Below, in pieces: positions 1 to 8,351 of a DNA stretch of 64,000 nucleotides (positions are counted from its first letter, which is position 1; each line of letters begins with the position of its first letter). The stretch spans positions 15,937 to 79,936 of the IMG/VR virus record IMGVR_UViG_3300024329_000007, one strand, 5' to 3'. Source of the stretch: a virus. A program made the position numbers and the translations under genes. Below the pieces are notes generated by a model. It was not told the DNA's origin, made no database searches, and worked only from the letters and a program-made list of their open reading frames with translations.

Positions 1-1056
1 AATTGTAGATGAGTTCCATAAAGTGTCCATGTTAATATGTGCATAATCAGCACCTGGCCTTAGATAGTTTTCAATCCATCTAATAAAGTCACAGGCTACA
101 TCCTCAGCATTATAAGGTAGACTACCAGTATCTTCATAGATCTTAGTCATAACTGCATCCAAGAACTCTTCAGATTTCTTACCTTTCTTTTCTACAGGAT
201 CTGCAAGATAACCAATACATTCTACTGCATTAGTACCATAATAGAACATTGATTCTCTATTCATAAATTCTGGGTACCAATCACATACATCTGCAATAAC
301 TGCAGCATACTGGAATCTATAAGCTCTTAATCCATTTGCAGCATTCCAATCAAACATCCATTGGCCAAGCTCTCTTAAATCCTTCTTACCACCTTCTCTT
401 AAAAAGTTTGCCATATCTCTTGCCATTCTCGGTGCAAACTCACATAAGAAATAATCGCCACCTTTTTTATAAACATATTCTGGTTCTGTAAAGTTATCCA
501 TTCCTACAAATAAATCCTCATTCCCGGAGGGTTTTGGTGGCTTAGGAAATGCTGGAAACTGATAGCCAACTGAAGTATAAAAAGAAGTTGGATGGTGTTT
601 CACCTTTTCACACATATCTTCAATAGTGTCACAATCATATAAATCAAATAAGATTGTGTTATGATATCCGGATGGTTTAGTTGCATAATTAATTGCAGAG
701 CCACAAACTCTATGGAGAATAAAAATATAGAGCCATTCTTCTAATCCAAAAACTTCTTGCCTTCCAGTCCAATTCTTTGCAACCTCTTCTCTTTGGGGGT
801 AAATTTTACCAGCTTGCATGTGTTTCCAATAAGGATGTTCTGGGGCCCAACCATAAAAACAATCATTTATGATCTGACTAAAACCTGCATACTTGCGCTC
901 GACAACATCATATAATTGAATCTGTTCCATAAGAGGATCTTGCATGCCACTCTCATCATGTGGAGTCATACCAAGGTTTGAAAGCTCTTGTTGCTTTTTA
1001 GCAAGAGCAAAATACCTTAAAAACTCATCGTAATATTTTGTTGTTGTTATCTGCAT
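1..1056 (-). CDS. Putative amino acid:DNA transferase / aGPT-pyrophosphorylase-like DNA hypermodification enzyme (3' end runs off window; missing from ORF track)
   Basis: Manual translation from ATG at 1056 is open to position 1: MQITTTKYYDEFLRYF...YRFQYAAVIADVCDWYPE...YYGTNAVECIGYL...NAEDVACDFIRWIENY. Motif order resembles aGPT-Pplase (Q..xD, GPGA-like, ExxxCE/DF). Confidence 0.55.
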   Translation of the reverse strand, partial: MQITTTKYYDEFLRYFALAKKQQELSNLGMTPHDESGMQDPLMEQIQLYDVVERKYAGFSQIINDCFYGWAPEHPYWKHMQAGKIYPQREEVAKNWTGRQEVFGLEEWLYIFILHRVCGSAINYATKPSGYHNTILFDLYDCDTIEDMCEKVKHHPTSFYTSVGYQFPAFPKPPKPSGNEDLFVGMDNFTEPEYVYKKGGDYFLCEFAPRMARDMANFLREGGKKDLRELGQWMFDWNAANGLRAYRFQYAAVIADVCDWYPEFMNRESMFYYGTNAVECIGYLADPVEKKGKKSEEFLDAVMTKIYEDTGSLPYNAEDVACDFIRWIENYLRPGADYAHINMDTLWNSSTI

Positions 1057-1208
1057 TAATCTTTAATTAATTCCCATGTTAATGCATCTCTATTTCTCTG
1101 ATACTGATCCATAGACCAATTAAGATCTGCTGTTGCTATCTCTAAAATATAGCTTGCATCTGGTGCATTGTGTGGTGTAATTCTAATTCTGTAGTCTATT
1201 GCTTTCAT
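1056..1208 (-). CDS. Small hypothetical protein (50 aa)
   Basis: MKAIDYRIRITPHNAPDASYILEIATADLNWSMDQYQRNRDALTWELIKD*. Fills the gap between neighbours; its TAA overlaps the next ATG (TAATG). Confidence 0.7.
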   Translation of the reverse strand: MKAIDYRIRITPHNAPDASYILEIATADLNWSMDQYQRNRDALTWELIKD

Positions 1209-1210
1209 AT

Positions 1211-2281
1211 TTAAAATAGCGCTGTTTGAATAGTTGCGACTTCTAATTTTTTATTAGGTTCATTGTTAATTAAATCCCATCTATAGAATTCTCTAGCCAA
1301 GTGTACTGATTTAGGTTTTTCCATAACATCAAAACTTAATTCGCCTAGTGCATTTTTATATGCATCTGAATGTTGCCATGTAGACCAACCATTACGATCA
1401 CACATTGAAACTATCATCTCATTCATAAGATTTACCAGATTAGTTCTCTCTTGCCAAGAGCCAGCAAATGGTGTTCCTTTATAATAACCAGTCTTTGGTA
1501 GCTTGCGAGATTCATTCTCAATAGGCAATGCTTGTATAACTTCTATAGTTTTTATACCTGAATCAATAAGCGCTTGCTCATACTGAGCCATCATCTTAGT
1601 TAGGGCCGCACTGGGATCTGACTGTCGCATTAAATGATGTCTTATGTCGATATTACCAAGGTAGATCCTAAGATCAGTGGTCCATGGGTAAACATACTCT
1701 GCGAGTCCACGTTTTAGGGTCCCGAATAAAGTTAAACCATCATTACGATTTACCATATACCCAGGAGTATACATACTAAAAGAATGACTATCACCAAAAC
1801 AGAGTTTATCTGTTTTTTCAATATGATCTACTCTATGAATAAAATCACTACAAATTTTAGTAGCCATTTCTATTTTATCTTCTAGAGTTTTAAATAGATC
1901 AGATCCGGTCTTAAGTCTTTTAGTTATAAGCTCACCAATATCTGGCATATCGTGGTGCATACTGTACATTCTTACTCCACAAAATAATCTATTTAGTTGA
2001 TGGTATAAATCATCATTTGCACCTCCAAAAATATTAAAGGTGCCTTTAAATTCCATACCATGATCTAATATGATTCTGTCATATTTAGTCCAGTCTTCAC
2101 TAACGCTAGTAATTACTGTCACATCTTTATATCCAGCAGTTCTTAATTGATTTGCAAGCATAAAAGGCCAAGCACTTTTATGCGAACTTAACTTATCTGA
2201 AAACTTACCAACTAAAATTGCAATTCCAATCTTAATATCAGTGTGTGGTTCTAATTCTGTGAAGTACTTAAATTCCTGCAT
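1211..2281 (-). CDS. SGNH/GDSL-like domain protein in modification cluster
   Basis: CFGDSHS (block I), YLGNIDIRHH (block III-like), KSVHL (terminal His). Start placed at MQEFKYF (2281). Confidence 0.5.
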   Translation of the reverse strand: MQEFKYFTELEPHTDIKIGIAILVGKFSDKLSSHKSAWPFMLANQLRTAGYKDVTVITSVSEDWTKYDRIILDHGMEFKGTFNIFGGANDDLYHQLNRLFCGVRMYSMHHDMPDIGELITKRLKTGSDLFKTLEDKIEMATKICSDFIHRVDHIEKTDKLCFGDSHSFSMYTPGYMVNRNDGLTLFGTLKRGLAEYVYPWTTDLRIYLGNIDIRHHLMRQSDPSAALTKMMAQYEQALIDSGIKTIEVIQALPIENESRKLPKTGYYKGTPFAGSWQERTNLVNLMNEMIVSMCDRNGWSTWQHSDAYKNALGELSFDVMEKPKSVHLAREFYRWDLINNEPNKKLEVATIQTALF

Positions 2282-2585
2282 CTGCGTCGGTTGTATTGAT
2301 TGGTTTTTCAGTTTCGCCATACCCATATTTTTTAATATAGTTATCTAGGCCGCCAATATATGCAACAGCATCAAGAAGGTTATCTTCTTTATAATTATAA
2401 GAATGTCTACTTAATTTAAGTGCGACTAACGCAGCATACATGTCAGCTCCGGTAAATTCTTTGCCAGTCATACCTGAGCAAACCATTGCAGCTCGACGCA
2501 TACCTTCTTCAAAAGGGCCATACATGCGTTCTTTCTCTTCTGATCTATGATTAATAATCTTGTCAGCTTCGTTTAATATATTCAT
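2268..2585 (-). CDS. DUF6378-like small helical phage protein (nucleotide metabolism-associated)
   Basis: ILNEADKIIN..R...YG...LKLSR....EDNLLDAVAY pattern; start at MNILNEA, downstream of a promoter-like motif. Confidence 0.65.
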   Translation of the reverse strand: MNILNEADKIINHRSEEKERMYGPFEEGMRRAAMVCSGMTGKEFTGADMYAALVALKLSRHSYNYKEDNLLDAVAYIGGLDNYIKKYGYGETEKPINTTDADAGI

Positions 2586-2601
2586 GTGATTTACTTTAGT
2601 G

Positions 2602-2627
2602 TTATATGTGTAATTGCTAGTTTGTTT
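2602..2627 (-). promoter_or_regulatory. AAAC-N17-TATAA putative middle-class promoter
   Basis: Minus strand reads AAAC AAACTAGCAATTACACA TATAA; the same architecture recurs upstream of five other genes. Confidence 0.55.
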
Positions 2628-2641
2628 AGATTTAAACCAAT

Positions 2642-2667
2642 AAAAAAGGCCAGTCTTTCGACTGGCC
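2642..2667 (-). terminator. Rho-independent terminator
   Basis: GGCCAGTC-GAAA-GACTGGCC followed by TTTTTT on the minus strand, just after the stop at 2693. Confidence 0.85.
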
Positions 2668-2692
2668 AATTTAGGAAGTAGAGTTTCAGATC

Positions 2693-3826
2693 TTAATTCA
2701 ATAAGGCTCCGACTTGTGCTCTAGGATCTAGTTGGTTTGTTTTAAATGGGTTTGGAACTTGATTTCCAAGGTTCCAAGATTTACCCAACATATTACCAGA
2801 CTTAATCATTAGTTCAGTAGAGTCTTTGTCAGTCATTGCAAACGCAAGTTGTTCTGGGGCATGTGTTGCCACGTGAGTCATTCCGTTTACTAGAGACCAA
2901 ATTGATTGGTTTGTATGTGCATTTTTTAATTCATCTGTTGTGAATTCTGTAGGATTTTGATTGTTCTTAATGTAAGCTGAACGGTTTTCGCTAAGTGGAA
3001 TCCAATTATCAGCAGCATCTCCAACGTGACTTTTAATAGTGCTATGTGCTCTTTGCATTTCAAATAGAGATGCTGGAGTGTTCATTGCATTATTTACTGT
3101 GTTTGCAAAATCATTAGGAACAAATCCAGTCTTACGCAAATCAGACATGTGTTGAAAAAACTTTTCCATAGAATCTTTACTTAAATTATTAAGAGAGTAA
3201 GATTCTTTTGCCATTGGAGTTGAAAGTCCATTTGAACACCATAGTCGATTAATATAAGGCATAACTTGAATTCCGTTGCTTGGGCTATTTGTTAGCGTTA
3301 ATCCAGATTTAAAAACCTCATCAGCAACTCCGAATTCAGCATTAGGGTTATATGCATTAATAGTTACTAAACCTTTATTAGCATCAACGCCCCAGTTTGT
3401 AACTTCAAATCCATGTTGATCTATAATTTGATCTGCAAGATTTATAAACCTTGAATGACTAATAAGCCCAGTTGCTGTTTTTGAAAAACCTAATACTTTT
3501 TTAGTAGTAGGTGATACAATTAATGTAATCTCGTTTAATTGAGATGCCATTGCGTTTTTCATTTGATTAACAAATGATGCTTTAGCTTCAGGAGAGAAAA
3601 GATTATCAAACTTTTTAGCAAATGTTTGACTCATTCCAATTAGCTTAATTAGACTCTTAAATGCATCTTTAGTAATCTCTAGGCGTTTACCTTTGATTTC
3701 AATAGTTGTGTCATTAACAAGAGTAATTTCTCTAACTGCAATAGTTTTACGAATTGCTTGTGAGTTTAAAGTTTCCGCTTTACGGCTTTCAATTACTGAA
3801 TTGGATAGTGTTGTTACTGTTGGCAT
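2693..3826 (-). CDS. DUF932-like phage protein
   Basis: LTLTNS...YINRLWCSNGL (RxxCxNG) motif and C-terminal SIWSLVNGMTH. Confidence 0.6.
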   Translation of the reverse strand: MPTVTTLSNSVIESRKAETLNSQAIRKTIAVREITLVNDTTIEIKGKRLEITKDAFKSLIKLIGMSQTFAKKFDNLFSPEAKASFVNQMKNAMASQLNEITLIVSPTTKKVLGFSKTATGLISHSRFINLADQIIDQHGFEVTNWGVDANKGLVTINAYNPNAEFGVADEVFKSGLTLTNSPSNGIQVMPYINRLWCSNGLSTPMAKESYSLNNLSKDSMEKFFQHMSDLRKTGFVPNDFANTVNNAMNTPASLFEMQRAHSTIKSHVGDAADNWIPLSENRSAYIKNNQNPTEFTTDELKNAHTNQSIWSLVNGMTHVATHAPEQLAFAMTDKDSTELMIKSGNMLGKSWNLGNQVPNPFKTNQLDPRAQVGALLN

Positions 3827-3874
3827 ATAATTTATTTTTAATTTATAGTGAATAGTTTGTTAATTGTTTCAAGA

Positions 3875-4192
3875 TTATGCGAACCTTTTCGCTGATTCTT
3901 TTTGAAGTAATTTAAGAAATTTATCGGAATCTAACTTAGTTGGCTCTGACCATTGTATCTCATGATCTATATATTCGAATGCTTCGTAGTCATTAGACTC
4001 TGCCTCTAGCATTTGATTAAAGACTGCAACGCAACTTTCCTCTTCATAAAGAAGAAAATCAGCATCCATCTCAACTGAGAATTGAAAACCACCTTTCATT
4101 TTCCAACGTTGTGGACATTGACCGTTTCCATCCCAATCATGTGCTCCATAGTTCTCTTTGTATTGACAATTGATAATAACTTTACTTTTCAT
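3875..4192 (-). CDS. Hypothetical early protein
   Basis: 105-aa ORF (QYKENYGAHDWDG..WKMKGG) directly downstream of a repeated early-promoter cassette. Confidence 0.75.
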   Translation of the reverse strand: MKSKVIINCQYKENYGAHDWDGNGQCPQRWKMKGGFQFSVEMDADFLLYEEESCVAVFNQMLEAESNDYEAFEYIDHEIQWSEPTKLDSDKFLKLLQKESAKRFA

Positions 4193-4217
4193 AATTTGTG
4201 TTGTTTAAGTGTTGATG

Positions 4218-4280
4218 TTTAATTACAGTACTAATATAATAAAAAAGATTGACATAAAAAAACTTTTTGGCAATTATTTT
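4218..4280 (-). promoter_or_regulatory. 63-nt early promoter cassette, copy 1
   Basis: AAAATAATTGCCAAAAAGTTTTTTTATGTCAATCTTTTTTATTATATTAGTACTGTAATTAAA; near-identical to 48342-48404. Confidence 0.75.
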
Positions 4281-4292
4281 GCAAAAACTTTG

Positions 4293-4430
4293 TTAAAAGT
4301 CTTTATTTTTGCCTTTATGTTTATCCTTTCTTGTGTATTGCTTCTTACTTTTATGGACATTACCACGCATTGCTTGCCATATCTCTTGTATGGTAAACTG
4401 TGTTTTTTCTAGTTTTTTATTCTTGTCCAT
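4293..4430 (-). CDS. ArfA-like (alternative ribosome rescue factor A-like) basic peptide, 45 aa
   Basis: MDKNKKLEKTQFTIQEIWQAMRGNVHKSKKQYTRKDKHKGKNKDF*. The YxRKxKH motif resembles ArfA SYxRKGKH; own promoter copy immediately upstream. Confidence 0.6.
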   Translation of the reverse strand: MDKNKKLEKTQFTIQEIWQAMRGNVHKSKKQYTRKDKHKGKNKDF

Positions 4431-4441
4431 TGTATTTGTGC

Positions 4442-4504
4442 TTTAATTACAGTACTAATATAATAAAAAAGCCTGAGACTAAAAAATCTCAGGCCAATTA
4501 TTTT
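4442..4504 (-). promoter_or_regulatory. 63-nt early promoter cassette, copy 2
   Basis: Shares AAAATAATTG and TTTTTTATTATATTAGTACTGTAATTAAA with copy 1. Confidence 0.7.
4465..4494 (-). terminator. Rho-independent terminator embedded in promoter copy 2
   Basis: GCCTGAGA-N8-TCTCAGGC followed by TTTTTT on the minus strand, downstream of the stop at 4522. Confidence 0.7.
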
Positions 4505-4521
4505 GTTAAAGTTATTAACAA

Positions 4522-5001
4522 TTATCCAAACTTTTTAATTGTCTTTGTTAATTCATCTAAAGATTTACCAACATGTTCACCAAAATCTGCATGAAGATCT
4601 TCATCAGCATCTAAAGGCTGCATATCTCTCCACTCTGTATATTTAGAAACAAACAATTCTGATGCATCCACTATTTTCTTAATATCGGATTTTGCATAGT
4701 CCTTTCCATAGTAACTATTAGGATCTACATCCTGTCTTGCTGTTTCGTCAGTAAATGGATTTTTAATATCGATGCCATCGTAATCAAAATTAAAAGCCTC
4801 AAATGATTTTAAATGCTTCATTCTTTTCTTTTTCTTTTTTTTGTACTCTTCTTCTGCGTCACCCCTGCCGGCAGGAACATCACCAGAACCTACACCACCA
4901 TCCATTGGCAATACAACAGGTCCCATTCCGCCCATTCCAGCTGGAGTTATATTTTCATTGATATCATCAATGAATGACTCAAATGTTGGTACGTATTTCA
5001 T
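4522..5001 (-). CDS. Putative internal head protein with two capsid-targeting-like motifs
   Basis: Begins MKYVPTFESFIDDINE; internal MKHLKSFEAF follows a poly-Lys run. Confidence 0.55.
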   Translation of the reverse strand: MKYVPTFESFIDDINENITPAGMGGMGPVVLPMDGGVGSGDVPAGRGDAEEEYKKKKKKRMKHLKSFEAFNFDYDGIDIKNPFTDETARQDVDPNSYYGKDYAKSDIKKIVDASELFVSKYTEWRDMQPLDADEDLHADFGEHVGKSLDELTKTIKKFG

Positions 5002-5020
5002 AGTTGTTTTTGTTTTTCAT

Positions 5021-7936
5021 TTACCAAGCGTAATCAAAAGTTTCAATTTTAGATATTTGATCCTTAATTGTTTTAGCGTAATTTTTAGCTTCTCTTTCGT
5101 AGTAAGATTCAGATTGTCCATATCTTTCTTCAGATTCTTCACCCTGTCTAATGTAATCACAATATCTAGAATAGTTATCTAAAATATTTGACATGTGATT
5201 AGAAGCATCTCTTAATTTAGCTTCTCTACCTTTAGAGTTTTCTCCTATTTTAATTTCATCATATCTAGTTTTATTACCACTCGACAATCCGGCTTTAATT
5301 TGTTCTGCTAATTCATCAATAGCCTTTTCAACCATTTTATCAATTGGTAAAGAAGCTGCCTTGGTAGCTAAAATTTGGTGATATCTGTCTGCGTTAGCTT
5401 TCTTAAAAGCTGCATCATCTGTAAATGCAGTTGCACCTTCTTTTGCTCTTGCTCTGTCACCTCTTAAGTTTTCAGTAGAATACTTCTGTCTAATTAGATC
5501 TAAGCTTACAATAATAACTCTATCAGAAACTTCTGCAATTCTTTTACCATTACTTAAACCAGAAGCACCCCAGCCTCTATATTTCTTGTTTACACCAACT
5601 TGATCTGCAGAACCTTTTCTACCATCTTTTTTCCATGAAGTTGTCTTAGCCCATCTAGACCAGTCGTTAGTATAAAATTCTCTATCACCACCCATAGCTG
5701 CTAATAAACACCCGCCACCTGGAATTGTGCTCATTGCATTGTATGACCTAGAATCCTGTGGTAAATATGGATTCTCTTTTTCATTATCTGAAATAAAGAA
5801 AATAATATTTTTAGAACCACCATGGTTTTTAAATGCTTTTTGTGGGTTATTGTCTAAAATAAAATCTTCATCTTGTATTTTATCAAGGGCAACTTTAGTC
5901 AGTTGGTAAAAACCACCTGCTAATCTAGCTACGTTTTTTCTAGCGTGTTTTCCTTCTTGGTTACTTTGTAAAATACCTGATAATATAGCACTAGATATTT
6001 TTTCGTTTAATACGTTATATTCTGACTCAGTAGTAGCTGATTCTTCGATAAAACTAGCTAAATGTCCATCATCATCCCATCCGTATTTAGAATCGGCTAA
6101 AACAGCTTCAATATCTTTTCTTTTTCCAGTTAATTCAACTTCTGGATGTCCTCCTGCTGGGCCAATCTCTCTTAATACTTTTAATTCAACTTTGTGTTTC
6201 TTTAAAAGTTTTTTAAGTCCTTTTGATTCAGGGTCTGTAGCATCCATTATTACAGTAGCTTCACATAATTTTTCGTCTAGCCTATCAAAGAAGTCAAAGT
6301 GTTCACTTTGTAAATCTTCACCATACTTTTCGTCCCATATTTCAGCTAATTCATATTTAGTAACTTTACCTTTATACTTATCCATGATTTCAACATAGAT
6401 ACTACCATATTCATATTCAAAATCTTCACCATAAGAAAGATCCCATGCCTTTTCAATATCTTTAAATGTAAGCTTTTTGGCTTTGGCTTCAGTAACTACT
6501 GATTCTTTTACGAAATTCTTAAGATCATCTGGATCTATAGAGTATTCTACGTCATCCTCGTCACTTCTAAGAACAACTTCATATTTACTTATGTCCCAAA
6601 TCTTAAATTCGGCATCTTTATTAAGAGTAGATCCATCTACGTCGTTAGTTATATCGTAAACATCTCCATCAAAATCATCGCTATGGACTGTAGTTTTAAT
6701 CTTTTGGCCTTTTTTAAATTTAGCCTCGTTAATAGATTTGCTTGAGCTATTAATAAAGCTTGCAAATGATTCATGTAAAAATTTATTATTCATTTTTTTT
6801 GTATTTTTATTTGTTACTTTATAAGTTTTACCATCGAATTCAAATTCTTCGCTGCCCTCTTCAATTGCTTTAGCTCTTGCTCCTAAAAATGCGTTACCTT
6901 CTCTAACATTATCAGCAGATTCAGTATATAGGTTTACATAATTTCTACCTTTTTCAGAGTAAATTGAAGTGATTTTAAATTCACCATCAATTTTCTTACC
7001 AGTATCTTTTTTATAGTATTTAGCATAGTAAGCTTTAAAGAATAAGTTTGGTTCTAGTTCTCCAAAGAAGTGTGTCATTTTACCCATAAAGAATTTAGCA
7101 GATGGATAATAAGTTGTTATATCTGCTTTGGTTTCAGCATCTAAAACACCTTTATCGAAATCTTTTACAAATTTAGCTTCAGTAACTACTGATTCTTTAA
7201 CAAGAGAATCTGCGTCTATTGCTATTTCACTTGAAAAAGTCTTTAAACCATTAACCACAATCATACCATCTTTTTGTATACGAGTAACTTCACCTGAATC
7301 GAATGGTTTTTTAGAACTTCTGCTTAGAATAGAAACTTTATCTCCTACTCTAAATTTAGCTTCAGTAACTACAGATTCTTTAATTCTATACTTTTTCATT
7401 AAAGATTCAGCATCATCAATTGCATCTTGTAATTCTTGATCGCCCAAATCTGCCCAGTATTCAGATCCTCTTTCTCCGTCTAAATAATTCTGAGATATTT
7501 GTTCCCATTCATTTTCTGCTTTTCTATCATACATTAAAATACTATCAAGGTCTCCGATTCTGTCTACAAGAGCGTTAACGCTATAATTTCTATTATCAGA
7601 GCCAGCCATTGGACCATATTCATTAAGTTCTTTAGACTTAGAAGTTTTATTTAGCTCACCAAGAATTTTAATACCCCATCTCGAAAGTGATACACCATCT
7701 TCAGATACATTAAAGTATTTTTTATTTCTAGATTTCCATTGTTTATGATCTCCGGAAAGTTCAGAAATAATTTTAGTAAATTCTTCTTTAGTAATTACAC
7801 CATCTTTAATAGCCTCAATAACTGAATTTCTTACACTAGCCGTTTTACCAACAGTCCTTGCTGGATGGCGTTCTGTATATTTTCGTTTAAGTGTTAGTTT
7901 TTTACCTTCACTCAAGAATTCATTAAATTTTTTCAT
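5021..7936 (-). CDS. Modular polyprotein-like internal head protein (about 9-10 modules)
   Basis: Leader MKKFNEFLSE; three KESVVTEAK linkers plus ELNE, NVRE, SINEAK, LCE and VLNE junctions separating 55-95 aa modules and a long C-terminal domain. Confidence 0.6.
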   Translation of the reverse strand: MKKFNEFLSEGKKLTLKRKYTERHPARTVGKTASVRNSVIEAIKDGVITKEEFTKIISELSGDHKQWKSRNKKYFNVSEDGVSLSRWGIKILGELNKTSKSKELNEYGPMAGSDNRNYSVNALVDRIGDLDSILMYDRKAENEWEQISQNYLDGERGSEYWADLGDQELQDAIDDAESLMKKYRIKESVVTEAKFRVGDKVSILSRSSKKPFDSGEVTRIQKDGMIVVNGLKTFSSEIAIDADSLVKESVVTEAKFVKDFDKGVLDAETKADITTYYPSAKFFMGKMTHFFGELEPNLFFKAYYAKYYKKDTGKKIDGEFKITSIYSEKGRNYVNLYTESADNVREGNAFLGARAKAIEEGSEEFEFDGKTYKVTNKNTKKMNNKFLHESFASFINSSSKSINEAKFKKGQKIKTTVHSDDFDGDVYDITNDVDGSTLNKDAEFKIWDISKYEVVLRSDEDDVEYSIDPDDLKNFVKESVVTEAKAKKLTFKDIEKAWDLSYGEDFEYEYGSIYVEIMDKYKGKVTKYELAEIWDEKYGEDLQSEHFDFFDRLDEKLCEATVIMDATDPESKGLKKLLKKHKVELKVLREIGPAGGHPEVELTGKRKDIEAVLADSKYGWDDDGHLASFIEESATTESEYNVLNEKISSAILSGILQSNQEGKHARKNVARLAGGFYQLTKVALDKIQDEDFILDNNPQKAFKNHGGSKNIIFFISDNEKENPYLPQDSRSYNAMSTIPGGGCLLAAMGGDREFYTNDWSRWAKTTSWKKDGRKGSADQVGVNKKYRGWGASGLSNGKRIAEVSDRVIIVSLDLIRQKYSTENLRGDRARAKEGATAFTDDAAFKKANADRYHQILATKAASLPIDKMVEKAIDELAEQIKAGLSSGNKTRYDEIKIGENSKGREAKLRDASNHMSNILDNYSRYCDYIRQGEESEERYGQSESYYEREAKNYAKTIKDQISKIETFDYAW
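6483..7381. repeat. Three dispersed in-frame 26-30 nt direct repeats encoding KESVVTEAK
   Basis: gcttcagtaactac(t/a)gattcttt within 6483-6508, 7169-7198 and 7352-7381. Confidence 0.9.
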
Positions 7937-7938
7937 GT

Positions 7939-8334
7939 TTATTTAAGTTTTTTTAATATACCGTCTATTTCTGTATATGAGCAATTTGCACCCTTAACTA
8001 TAAATGATCCATAAGAGATTGAAAGGTTTGCACCTTCACCTCCAGTTTTTACTTGAGTTTTATATGCTTCTTCTATAGATGCTTGATCTTCAGCAACAGC
8101 AACAACTTTAGGTCTAAATCCAGCGCCTACATTATGATCGTCTAAAGATCTTAAATGCATTTGTTCTCCATTAACTTCTACTGTATTATGTAGTATTAAT
8201 GCAAAGTGGGTTTCACCCTTACCAGGTAAATCAAAACCATCAAATGCATATTTGCTAAAATAATATGATCCGAATTTTATTTTTTCATTTACTAAACTAT
8301 TAGTAAATTCTCCAAATGTTTTTGTATTTTTCAT
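7939..8334 (-). CDS. Hypothetical protein with capsid-targeting-like leader
   Basis: Begins MKNTKTFGEFTNSLVNE. Confidence 0.65.
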   Translation of the reverse strand: MKNTKTFGEFTNSLVNEKIKFGSYYFSKYAFDGFDLPGKGETHFALILHNTVEVNGEQMHLRSLDDHNVGAGFRPKVVAVAEDQASIEEAYKTQVKTGGEGANLSISYGSFIVKGANCSYTEIDGILKKLK

Positions 8335-8351
8335 ATTAGTATATTATTTTT

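Noticed and set aside
4209-4594. Plus-strand ORFs 4209-4412 and 4400-4594 sharing FNYSTNIIKK
   Set aside because: The shared peptide is the antisense translation of the repeated promoter cassette.
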